Assembly (NCBI GenBank): GCA_041675145.1 | Contig: JBAYUK010000001.1 | Location: 378,283-428,244, forward strand | Length of the DNA: 49,962 nucleotides | Reading direction: 5' to 3' | Origin: Patescibacteria group bacterium | GTDB taxonomy: Bacteria > Patescibacteriota > JACPGU01 | In this document: in pieces, positions 26,532 to 34,697 of the stretch | Position numbering within the stretch: position 1 is the stretch's first letter | How the letters are laid out: the number at the start of each line of letters is the position of its first letter | The notes under the pieces: model-generated | Database searches by the model: none | Told to the model about the DNA's origin: nothing | What the model saw: only the letters and a program-made list of their open reading frames with translations | Made by a program: the position numbers and the translations under genes

Positions 26532-27845
26532 TTACGGCGTCAAGCGCTTCACTCCACGGTAGACAAACGATGCTTCACGGACATTCTCTAGGTTCATAAG
26601 CTTCATCAGCATTCGGTTTGGACCCATACCATACCCACCGTGTGGAGGACAGCCGTAGCGGAAAAAGTTTGTATAAAACTCAAGGTGCTCGAGATTCATA
26701 CCCTTTTCCTTGGCCTGAGCGATTAAGACATCATAGCGATGTTCCCGCTGGGCTCCTGTAGTTATCTCGAGTCCATTCCACAACAAGTCAAAACTCTTAG
26801 TAAGACCTGGGTTATCTTCATGCCTCATATGGTAGAACGGACGAACAGATATAGGGTAGTCGGTAATAAAAACGAACTCGTTATTATACTTCTCAAGAGC
26901 ATAGGCAGCAATCGCACGCTCTTCTTCAGGAGAAAGATCTCCTTCTTTTTCTGAAGGTACTCCTCGCTCTTTCAGGATGACCTTTGCATCAGCAATAGAG
27001 ATTCTGGGGAATGGAAGGGTCGGCACTACCACTTCTCGGTCACATAGCTCTTTGATCTGCTCACCATACTGTGCTTTCACTTTCTCGACTACATAGGCGA
27101 TAGTCTTTTCTTCCTCAGCCATCACATCCTCGTGTGAATTAATATATGACCATTCCGCATCGTATCCCACAAACTCCGTCGCGTGACGCGTCGTAAAAGA
27201 TGGCTCAGCCCGAAAGACAGGACCTACTTCAAACACCTTCTCAAAGCCAGCGGCATTTGCCATCTGCTTATAAAACTGTGGAGACTGAGCAAGGTAGGCC
27301 TTGCGATCAAAGTACTTTACCTCAAAGACCTCGGCACCAGTTTCGCTGGCAGTACTAATCAGTTTTGGTGAGTGAATTTCAATATACCCATTACTCGTCC
27401 AGTATTCGCGGAACGCCTGTTCCATAGCCGTCCACACTTTAAAAATCAGAGTATTTTTTGGTTTGCGCAGATCAATAAAGCGCCAGTCAAGACGCACCGA
27501 CTGGTCTGCTTCTTCTTGAGATCCTTTCTCAAACAGCGGGATCGGAAGCTCTGGTTCAGCCATTGAAATAACTACAATTTTCTTAGCCTCGATCTCTATG
27601 CCACCCTGTGCTTGAGCAGCTTCTTTCGCCAAACCTGTTACTTCAATAACCGATTCCAAACTCAAGCTCTGTGCAGTTTCTAGAACTGACATATCTTCCT
27701 TGGTTACTACAATCTGAATCAGACCCGAGACATCACGCAGTTGAATAAAAGCGATCTTCCCTTGATCACGAATAACTTGGGCAAACCCATGAACTGCTAC
27801 TTCTTTTCCAATATTGTTCTTCACTTCACTAATATGTATTGCCAT
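26532..27845 (-). CDS. aspS: Aspartate--tRNA ligase, short archaeal-like (non-discriminating-type)
   Basis: 437 aa; RDQGKIAFIQLRD, YLAQSPQFYKQ, VFRAEPSFTTRH, GAQREH, PPHGGYGMG motifs. The upstream T-box specifier is GAC (Asp). Confidence 0.9.
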   Translation of the reverse strand: MAIHISEVKNNIGKEVAVHGFAQVIRDQGKIAFIQLRDVSGLIQIVVTKEDMSVLETAQSLSLESVIEVTGLAKEAAQAQGGIEIEAKKIVVISMAEPELPIPLFEKGSQEEADQSVRLDWRFIDLRKPKNTLIFKVWTAMEQAFREYWTSNGYIEIHSPKLISTASETGAEVFEVKYFDRKAYLAQSPQFYKQMANAAGFEKVFEVGPVFRAEPSFTTRHATEFVGYDAEWSYINSHEDVMAEEEKTIAYVVEKVKAQYGEQIKELCDREVVVPTLPFPRISIADAKVILKERGVPSEKEGDLSPEEERAIAAYALEKYNNEFVFITDYPISVRPFYHMRHEDNPGLTKSFDLLWNGLEITTGAQREHRYDVLIAQAKEKGMNLEHLEFYTNFFRYGCPPHGGYGMGPNRMLMKLMNLENVREASFVYRGVKRLTP

Positions 27846-27861
27846 ACTATTCCCGTTACAT

Positions 27862-28045
27862 AATAAAAGCCCTTACTGATTTACTACATAGGTAATAAAC
27901 CAGTAAGGGCGTTGATTTCCGCGGTACCACCTTACTTTGCCCCACAGGGCCTCATTGTGTGCGATATCGAGCACACCGGAGAGTTCTAGTCGGGTATTCC
28001 CCTTTCTTCTCTCAGCTCAGCCGTGTCAGCGGCGTCATAGCGTTA
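27862..28045 (-). promoter_or_regulatory. T-box riboswitch (Asp specifier) with antiterminator and terminator
   Basis: Minus strand: GCTGAG/AGAGA stem-I motifs; specifier cccGACtagaa (GAC at 27991-27989); antiterminator GTAAGG-TGGTACC-GCG...CGC-CCTTAC; terminator GCCCTTACTG/CAGTAAGGGC followed by TTTTA. Confidence 0.9.
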
Positions 28046-28094
28046 TGAATTGTATTTCCAGTATAAAGAAAACCATACTATTTGTCTATATCGC

Positions 28095-28135
28095 AAAAAA
28101 AGAGCGTCTAGGGGAAAAATAATCCATAGACGCTC
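28095..28135 (-). terminator. Intrinsic terminator after purD
   Basis: GAGCGTCTA...TAGACGCTC followed by a U7 tract on the minus strand. Confidence 0.75.
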
Positions 28136-28152
28136 ACAAACAAGATTCGTTA

Positions 28153-29421
28153 TTAGACTGGGATGTATTGCCCAATGTCACGGCGGAAGTATTTACCGTT
28201 GAAGTGGATACAGTCGACGGCCGCATAGGCAGTGTCGATTGCATCCTGAAGAGTGTCGCCAACGGCCGAGACACCCAACACCCGCCCGCCGTTAGTCACC
28301 AGTTGACCATCCTTCATAGCCGTTCCCGCATGAAAGACCACCACGCCAGGTATCTTCTCGGCCTCGCTAACCCCTTCGATGGGATAGCCTTTTTCGTACT
28401 TATCCGGGTACCCTCCAGAACACATCACGATGTTTGCCGCATACCCAGGGTAGATAAAAGCGTCCACCTTGTCCAGGTTTCCTGTCGCAGTCGCCACAAG
28501 AAGAGCAAGAAAATCCCCCATCATGAGGCGCATTAAGACCTGGGTCTCTGGATCACCGAAACGAGCGTTGAATTCCAAAACCTTAGGGCCATCAGTAGTT
28601 AACATGAGGCCCGGGAATAACAGTCCGGAAAACGGTGCGTGCACCGACTCCATACCGCGCACTGCTCTCGCAATGATAGCGCAGGTAGAACCTTGATCCA
28701 GATCAATTGGACCCACTGTTCCCATACCTCCCGTCATTGGTCCACGGTTCCCGTCCAGGGCATGCTTATGATCCTGAACAAATGGAAACGGAAAGATATC
28801 GGCGCCAGCAACCAAGGCATGAGCCGAGATTTCAGAACCTTCCAAGAGCTCTTCGATAACCACCTGGTTACCCGCGTCTCCATGAACACGTTCAACCATG
28901 ATAGCCTTAAGCGCCGCGCGCTTTTCTTCCAGCGTATGGCAGATGTAGCTTCCTTTACCGAGCGCCAAACCACTTGCTTTAATCACTAGTGGGATGTCTG
29001 AGAGGTCTCCCACTACATGCATCAGGGCTTCGTCGTACTCAGAAAATGTTGAGTAAGCAGCGGTGGGAATCTTTGCCACATCCATCAGCTGTTTTGAAAG
29101 CACCTTGGAACTTTCGATTTGAGCTGCTTTCTTGGTTGGACCAAGAATAAACAACCCTTGTTCGTGAAAGTAGTCCACGATGCCGGCGGCCAGTGGGTCA
29201 TCAGGACCAACAACTGTGAAAGCATTGTGCTCTTTAGCAAATGCCGCGAGCGCCGGAAAGTCCATCACTGGAATATCTATGTTCTTCCCGATTTTTGCAG
29301 TTCCGGCATTGCCGGGTGCAATAAAGAGATCGCCACAAAGTAGCGATTGGTTGATCTTCCAAGCCAACGCGTGTTCGCGACCGCCACCTCCGACGACCAG
29401 GACATTAATTCTCTCTAGCAT
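28153..29421 (-). CDS. purD: Phosphoribosylamine--glycine ligase
   Basis: GGGGREHAL, APGNAG, VIKASGLALGKG, TGGMG, EFNARFGDPETQ, NGGRVL motifs. Confidence 0.95.
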   Translation of the reverse strand: MLERINVLVVGGGGREHALAWKINQSLLCGDLFIAPGNAGTAKIGKNIDIPVMDFPALAAFAKEHNAFTVVGPDDPLAAGIVDYFHEQGLFILGPTKKAAQIESSKVLSKQLMDVAKIPTAAYSTFSEYDEALMHVVGDLSDIPLVIKASGLALGKGSYICHTLEEKRAALKAIMVERVHGDAGNQVVIEELLEGSEISAHALVAGADIFPFPFVQDHKHALDGNRGPMTGGMGTVGPIDLDQGSTCAIIARAVRGMESVHAPFSGLLFPGLMLTTDGPKVLEFNARFGDPETQVLMRLMMGDFLALLVATATGNLDKVDAFIYPGYAANIVMCSGGYPDKYEKGYPIEGVSEAEKIPGVVVFHAGTAMKDGQLVTNGGRVLGVSAVGDTLQDAIDTAYAAVDCIHFNGKYFRRDIGQYIPV

Positions 29422-29474
29422 TGTTCCCCCTTGTTGTGTAAGAACGAAATTAGCTCATTTGAGCCTTTTTTATT

Positions 29475-29735
29475 CTAACACAGGGGAATGTTCTGTTCAA
29501 GGAGTACATCTTTTTGAGCTCGTGACATCTTCTTAATAGTCACCTCTCTCAAGCGGGCAGAAGACATTGAGTCGTGCTCTTCTGTATATACAATCTTTAC
29601 AGGCTTGTTACGCATAGTATATTTAGCACCCTTCCCCGCTTGGTGTAGTGTAAAGCGAGCTGTAACATCCCGTGCGATGCCGGTATAGAGCTTGTCTCCT
29701 TCACACAGTAGGATATATACATACCACGAGTTCAT
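29475..29735 (-). CDS. GIY-YIG nuclease (YhbQ/UPF0213-like)
   Basis: WYVYILLC...LYTGIA...RF..H..GKGAKYT, E..IK motifs. Confidence 0.9.
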   Translation of the reverse strand: MNSWYVYILLCEGDKLYTGIARDVTARFTLHQAGKGAKYTMRNKPVKIVYTEEHDSMSSARLREVTIKKMSRAQKDVLLEQNIPLC

Positions 29736-29744
29736 TCTTGTATG

Positions 29745-30233
29745 TTATTGTGTTGAATTATTCTCGGACTTCGTGGCTATAGTGCTCTGCAATAACCCCT
29801 CAAATATATGTGCGGTAACGGCAACTATAACAGAAACAAACAACACGAAAAGACCAAGCACAACGCCTCCTGCAATATCTTCCGTACTGCGCTGGACTAT
29901 AAAGAAGTAGGCTTCTGCTCCCATAATAAAAGCGATAAGCACTACAGCACAGTACCGTATAGCCCGTAAAGCCCTTACAGATTGTAATGTATAGAGGGTG
30001 TTATCTCGCATGTGTCCAAGCAATGTCCATGCATGGTATAGCGCCACAAAGAATAAGATGGACGCTGTATACACATACGCCAAAAACGGGTCATTGAAAT
30101 ATATTGCAAAGAGCGTAGCATCCACATTTCTACCCTCAAAATGGGGCTCTATTAACAAAAAGGCTGCTACACCAATGCCGACAAGAACAGTAACCACCTG
30201 AAGAAAGAGCGCGCTTCTTTTTATAGTTATCAT
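29745..30233 (-). CDS. DUF2975-like membrane protein
   Basis: Four TMs, ALRAIRYC, C-terminal KSENNST. Start at 30233 or 30260. Confidence 0.75.
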   Translation of the reverse strand: MITIKRSALFLQVVTVLVGIGVAAFLLIEPHFEGRNVDATLFAIYFNDPFLAYVYTASILFFVALYHAWTLLGHMRDNTLYTLQSVRALRAIRYCAVVLIAFIMGAEAYFFIVQRSTEDIAGGVVLGLFVLFVSVIVAVTAHIFEGLLQSTIATKSENNSTQ

Positions 30234-30264
30234 ATTATTACTGAGTGCTATCGTATACAAAAAA

Positions 30265-30617
30265 TGGACCTGGGGAGAGTCGAACTCCCGTGCAAAAAGG
30301 TATCAAACGAGATCTACGCGTGTAGTTTCTATTGGTATTTCAAGAAAGTATTAAAACAGAAACCAAACTACTCTCTCTATCCTTAGTGATCTTGGTAACC
30401 CTACATAGGAATAATCTACGGTCACCCAGCCTGAATGGTTGGCACCGCGTGTATTTCCTCAGGCATGAAATACGGCGATGCTGCCTAAGCGTAAGCTAGG
30501 GCAGGGGCAAAAGAATAATTGCCGAGTGTTTTTGCATCATGTGATAACGCGGTATGATACATCCGCGACGCGCACCCAATTTGATAAGGATCTTCTTGGC
30601 GAAACCGGTACAGGCCC
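30265..30617 (-). ncRNA. ssrA: tmRNA
   Basis: 5' GGGCCTG pairs with 3' CAGGTCC-A (G3:U wobble); T-loop GGGAGTTCGACTCTCCC; tag ORF (A)GNYSFAPALAYA* at 30523-30485. smpB lies in the same window. Confidence 0.93.
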
Positions 30618-30692
30618 GTATAAACTTCACTTATTATACCACGAAACCGTATACTTGCATATATGATGGTATTATGGTATTGTAGTATCACA

Positions 30693-30794
30693 ATGATAAC
30701 AACCCAAAAGAACTCTCATTTGTTTACTCACTTTATCTGGCTCGTTGCGCCGGCTACTTTTGGTTTGTTGTCATTACTTCATGTTAGGGTATAA
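30693..30794 (+). CDS. Small hydrophobic peptide (33 aa), MITTQKNSHLFTHFIWLVAPATFGLLSLLHVRV
   Basis: Below the ORF-track cutoff. A possible TTGCAT-17-TATTGT promoter lies upstream and a terminator directly downstream. Confidence 0.4.
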   Translation: MITTQKNSHLFTHFIWLVAPATFGLLSLLHVRV

Positions 30795-30816
30795 ATAAGT
30801 TTCAACAAGCGAAAGT

Positions 30817-30843
30817 AAACCGGCTCAATTGAGCCGGTTTTTT
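30817..30843 (+). terminator. Intrinsic terminator
   Basis: AAACCGGCTC-aatt-GAGCCGGTTT followed by TTT. Confidence 0.8.
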
Positions 30844-30934
30844 GTTTCCCTAGGCGAGAGTAAATGTATATTTCCTCCCGCGTGAGGAAACACCTCACAT
30901 TAACAACCTGCGTCACAAGCCAAAGGAGGCCACC

Positions 30935-31936
30935 ATGAGCGCAACTACCATCACTAGACAAATCACCACAGAGAACTGGGTGATGAACCTCGGCCGGGAC
31001 ATAACCGTCCCATCATCAACTCTTTTAGAACTTTCAAAGTTCCTGAATGACCGTTGGAAGAAAGCATCCCTTAAGTCCATTCGCATTCCTTGGTATGGCG
31101 CGACTAAGAACCTCGTCCCTAGCCCAATCATCCGAGTAGATATGGCCCCGACTAAAAACAAAGAAGGAGTAGTTGGAGGGATATACGAGACTGAAGTGCG
31201 TCCTGGAGGACTAGGGGTGATGCTTGAGTATGGACCAGTAGAAAAAGAGCTCTGGAAACAGGCCCTATCTTCCTGTCGGGGTTTTGTTGTAGGACCCGAC
31301 ACCCACATCCTAGACGACGAGACTGCTTGCAGAATCTTAGATATCCCCTACTACACACTTGCCGATATGCCACAAGACGACGGTCCTTACTGGATGAGAA
31401 CGGCTATCAACGACCAAGGGCTCGACGATAACTCGTTAGTACCCGTCACTGATGACGGACTAAAAATGGACTTAGTTGCGCTCGGACTAGCAAAAATAGT
31501 AAGGGGTGGAGACGAGATAGATTGGGAGACTCCACAGGTCTTTAAGCCCTTGCAAGGAACATGGTGTCGCGAGGTGAAGGACGGTAAAGTTGGTGGAGAT
31601 ATTGGGGTTGAGGTGTACCTCCCAGACCAACTACACCACCAGATGCCGAGGTTCTTTAGTGAAGAAACTCGCGGTGAAGCACTCAGAGGCTTTGCAAAAA
31701 AGAAAAAGATCGAGCACATGCTAGCCTCCGGATCTAAAATTATCTCACAACCGTTTGTTCCTCCAGAAAGAGTACGTTGTCCCAACGGTAAGCGGCTTGG
31801 ATGGCGTATCTGGCGCCTCTACTACGGATATATAGACGGGAGATATAGATATATTGGTGGGGTATGGGCTTGGCGTACCAACATCAAGGTTCATGGTGCT
31901 TCTGACGCAGTTTTCGGGTTCATTACTGAACAGTAA
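30935..31936 (+). CDS. Hypothetical protein, circularly permuted ATP-grasp-like
   Basis: N-terminal IRVD...IYETEVRPGGLG, later VFKPLQG and SQPFV. AAAGGAGG SD upstream. Confidence 0.55.
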   Translation: MSATTITRQITTENWVMNLGRDITVPSSTLLELSKFLNDRWKKASLKSIRIPWYGATKNLVPSPIIRVDMAPTKNKEGVVGGIYETEVRPGGLGVMLEYGPVEKELWKQALSSCRGFVVGPDTHILDDETACRILDIPYYTLADMPQDDGPYWMRTAINDQGLDDNSLVPVTDDGLKMDLVALGLAKIVRGGDEIDWETPQVFKPLQGTWCREVKDGKVGGDIGVEVYLPDQLHHQMPRFFSEETRGEALRGFAKKKKIEHMLASGSKIISQPFVPPERVRCPNGKRLGWRIWRLYYGYIDGRYRYIGGVWAWRTNIKVHGASDAVFGFITEQ

Positions 31937-31955
31937 TCAGGGATGGACTCTTCTA

Positions 31956-31983
31956 GGGGGCGAAGAAATTCGCCCCCACTTTC
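31956..31983 (+). terminator. Hairpin terminator with GAAA loop
   Basis: GGGGGCGAA-gaaa-TTCGCCCCC followed by ACTTT. Confidence 0.65.
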
Positions 31984-32016
31984 CTAAAATATCAATTTCA
32001 GTTAAAGTATATTCCT

Positions 32017-32793
32017 ATGTGTAGACTACTTGCCGCTTTGCCGGCTTCAAAATCCAGACAAGGAGAGCTTATTGTCCAGTTATCTAACCTGGCTCGTTGT
32101 GGTGTAGTACCACAGGGCGAACCTGAAGGCCACAGTGACAACTGGGGGCTTTGTTCTTACAGCAACCAACAACTTCGCCACTACATAACCATGACAGAGA
32201 GTGCTGATGGAAGTAAGCAGCTTGAAAAGATATCGGGTGAACTAAAACAGTATCCTCAGGAATTAGTAATAGGTCACGTTCGAAAGGCTTCTATAGGAGA
32301 CAGCAGTGTTCTAAACGCTCACCCGTTCATATATAACCAATACTCATTTGCCCACAATGGGACAATCTTTGATATATCTAAAGATATCCTCAGTGAAGAA
32401 TGCCAAAAGATAGTTACAGGAGAAACAGACTCCGAGATATTCTTTGCACGTATTATGCAATATGTAGGCGAAGGCAACACAACCAAAAACGCTCTCCTTA
32501 AGACGATTAAATACATAGATAAAACCTTCGACTACACCGCCTTAAACTGCCTTCTCGCCGACGGGAAGACCCTGTACGCCATACGACACTACAACCCAAA
32601 GAATACCTATGTTAAAACACTTGCTATGGCAGAGTATTACACCCTCTTTGTAGGGTACGAAAAGGAGATTCCTGTAGTTATATGTTCAGAAGCTATTCCA
32701 GATGCTCCCTATATATGGAAACCACTTGGTAATAACGAAATGTTCACCTATGAACTAGAAAGTAATATATGGGATATAAACCAAAGCATATAG
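32017..32793 (+). CDS. Class II glutamine amidotransferase/Ntn-hydrolase (YafJ/EgtC-like)
   Basis: MCRLL (Cys2 nucleophile), HSDNWG, GHVRKAS, NAHPF, FAHNG, TDSE motifs. Confidence 0.9.
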   Translation: MCRLLAALPASKSRQGELIVQLSNLARCGVVPQGEPEGHSDNWGLCSYSNQQLRHYITMTESADGSKQLEKISGELKQYPQELVIGHVRKASIGDSSVLNAHPFIYNQYSFAHNGTIFDISKDILSEECQKIVTGETDSEIFFARIMQYVGEGNTTKNALLKTIKYIDKTFDYTALNCLLADGKTLYAIRHYNPKNTYVKTLAMAEYYTLFVGYEKEIPVVICSEAIPDAPYIWKPLGNNEMFTYELESNIWDINQSI

Positions 32794-32822
32794 AAATCCG
32801 GGCAATGCCCGGATTTCTATAT
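32788..32822. terminator. Bidirectional terminator/long palindrome
   Basis: ATATAGAAATCCGGGC-aat-GCCCGGATTTCTATAT, 16-bp arms. Confidence 0.8.
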
Positions 32823-32843
32823 CTCCTCAATTTTTCATATTTT

Positions 32844-34688
32844 CTAGAACAATTTCAAGAAGAATAGTAGTGAGTTAAATAACAGTAACGGAAGAGAAGT
32901 CACTACATCAGTAGTTGTCAGTGGTGGACTTGGTGGCGGTGGGGTCGTAACAAATCCGAATATGTTCAAGATTGGTGCAAAGAAGGTAGAGAGGAATCCT
33001 CCTGAAATACGCTCTACAATGGCTTCTGCTACCGTCTGGGGAGGAACCTCTACCGGAGTCTGCTCAATCTGCTGAACCTGATTTATAAAATTACGAGTCT
33101 GGGTGCCAAGCTGCCCGTTCTCACCGGTAATGCCGTAAGTTGCCTGGAACTGTGTAAGTGCATTGGCAGTCGACTGATCAAATACCCCTGTTTCGTTACC
33201 TGGTGTATTTGGTGGTGCTAGCGCAAAACCATTAGCGTTTAAGAATTCTTGCAGTGCCTTTACCTCAGGCCCTGTTTGTCCAAGCACAAGGTTAGTATCC
33301 AGTGTTTCTGTCGGTGGAGTCAGTTGCTGTTCATTTGTTACCGGCTCAGCTGGGATTGGAGTTGGAGTTGGTTCGGGTGTTGGAGTTGGCAGCGGTGTCG
33401 GCTCCGGCGTTGGTGTTGGAATAGGAGTAGGGACCGGTGTCGGGGTTGGAGTTGGAGTTGGGACTGGTGTTGGAACAGGGGTTGGCGTAGGCGTAGGAGT
33501 TGGGACTGGAGTAGGTGTTGGCGTTGGTGTCGGTGTAGGGGTTACTGCAGTCTGAAGAGTAATCGTATCGCTGACTGGAGAAGACTCGTTACCTGCTGCA
33601 TCACGGAATTTCGCATATACCGTCTTAATGCCATCGCCACTTACTACATTCCATGTCTTGGTTGTAACATATGGCTCCCATACTGCTCCGTTAAAGACAG
33701 ATGAATTACTGATCTGCATCTGGGTAGCATCTACCGCTTCAAGTTGCAAGCTAATATTCACATTATTCGTAGTAGCTGCTCCCGAATTAATAAGGATACC
33801 GGTATTGCTCGGAGGAGTGGTATCTGAAACCAGCTCGATAGTATCCGAGACTATAGGGCCTGTATTACCAACTGCATCCTTGAAAGTCGCGTACACTGTC
33901 TTAATTCCAAGTCCCGAGGTCAAAGTCCATGATTTTGTTGTATTAAATGTCTCCCAGGCAGCTCCTGTAAGGGCTGAGTCATTACTAATCTTCATCTGGA
34001 GTGGAGTAGATGCGTCTGTCGCAGCTAAAGTAAGCGTGACATTAGTAAGTCCAGTCTGAGGGTCACCGTTATTAACAAGAACTGAAGATCCTGTTGGTGC
34101 AGCAACATCCGGTACTGGAGGTACTGGTGTAGGCGTCGGTGTTGGAGTAGGGGTAGAAGGTCCACCAGATCCTCCTCCACCACCAGGAGCAGCAGTGCGA
34201 ACACTAGCAGGACGCCAGTCGGTTGTAACCATACACTGACCACAGTTGAAGTTAAGCGTTCCAGAAACAGTTCCAACGGCAGAGCCCAGTAACTGTCCGG
34301 TTAAGTTTATCTGTACATTATTAAAATCTATATATCCAAGCTGTTCACTCCACGCATTTCCTGCTAGATCGCCTTCTCCGTTGTTAGTGACCTTGAAGTT
34401 TCCGGTACCACAAGTACCAGTATTACTACAGTTAAGAGAGATCCATCCGTAGTTGTCTGACCACGCATAACCAGTTAACTCAGTATCCGTAATATGTACA
34501 TTCCCAGCAGGGACACCGAAGTTTATCCATCCAATGTTTCCACCCCATGCGTATTTATTGGTCGGATCTATTGTTCCATCTGTGGTTGAAGCGTGGGTGA
34601 TAAGCCCCGACCAAGTCATAGCAAAAACCAAAGCCAAACCGATCACGGCCTTGGGAAAATGCGGGTGTTTTGAGTTGAATATTTTCAT
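32844..34688 (-). CDS. Secreted cell-surface protein: N-terminal YAW/GWI beta-repeats, two Ig-like repeats, Pro-Thr linker, peptidoglycan-binding domain, C-terminal hydrophobic anchor
   Basis: Signal peptide; [13 protein letters not shown] and [15 protein letters not shown] repeats; duplicated ...ISN...AWE...TTK.W...SG.G.KTVYA.F.DA.GN; [12 protein letters not shown]...[13 protein letters not shown]. Confidence 0.8.
   Translation of the reverse strand: MKIFNSKHPHFPKAVIGLALVFAMTWSGLITHASTTDGTIDPTNKYAWGGNIGWINFGVPAGNVHITDTELTGYAWSDNYGWISLNCSNTGTCGTGNFKVTNNGEGDLAGNAWSEQLGYIDFNNVQINLTGQLLGSAVGTVSGTLNFNCGQCMVTTDWRPASVRTAAPGGGGGSGGPSTPTPTPTPTPVPPVPDVAAPTGSSVLVNNGDPQTGLTNVTLTLAATDASTPLQMKISNDSALTGAAWETFNTTKSWTLTSGLGIKTVYATFKDAVGNTGPIVSDTIELVSDTTPPSNTGILINSGAATTNNVNISLQLEAVDATQMQISNSSVFNGAVWEPYVTTKTWNVVSGDGIKTVYAKFRDAAGNESSPVSDTITLQTAVTPTPTPTPTPTPVPTPTPTPTPVPTPVPTPTPTPTPVPTPIPTPTPEPTPLPTPTPEPTPTPIPAEPVTNEQQLTPPTETLDTNLVLGQTGPEVKALQEFLNANGFALAPPNTPGNETGVFDQSTANALTQFQATYGITGENGQLGTQTRNFINQVQQIEQTPVEVPPQTVAEAIVERISGGFLSTFFAPILNIFGFVTTPPPPSPPLTTTDVVTSLPLLLFNSLLFFLKLF
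33352..33543 (-). repeat. Pro-Thr(-Val/Glu) low-complexity tandem repeat
   Basis: Encodes [63 protein letters not shown]; codons are diversified. Confidence 0.9.
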
Positions 34689-34697
34689 GGATGGATA

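Noticed and set aside
28100-30300. Genomic island integrated at the tmRNA 3' end (DUF2975, GIY-YIG, purD)
   Set aside because: No duplicated tmRNA 3' fragment (att) and no integrase were found in the window.
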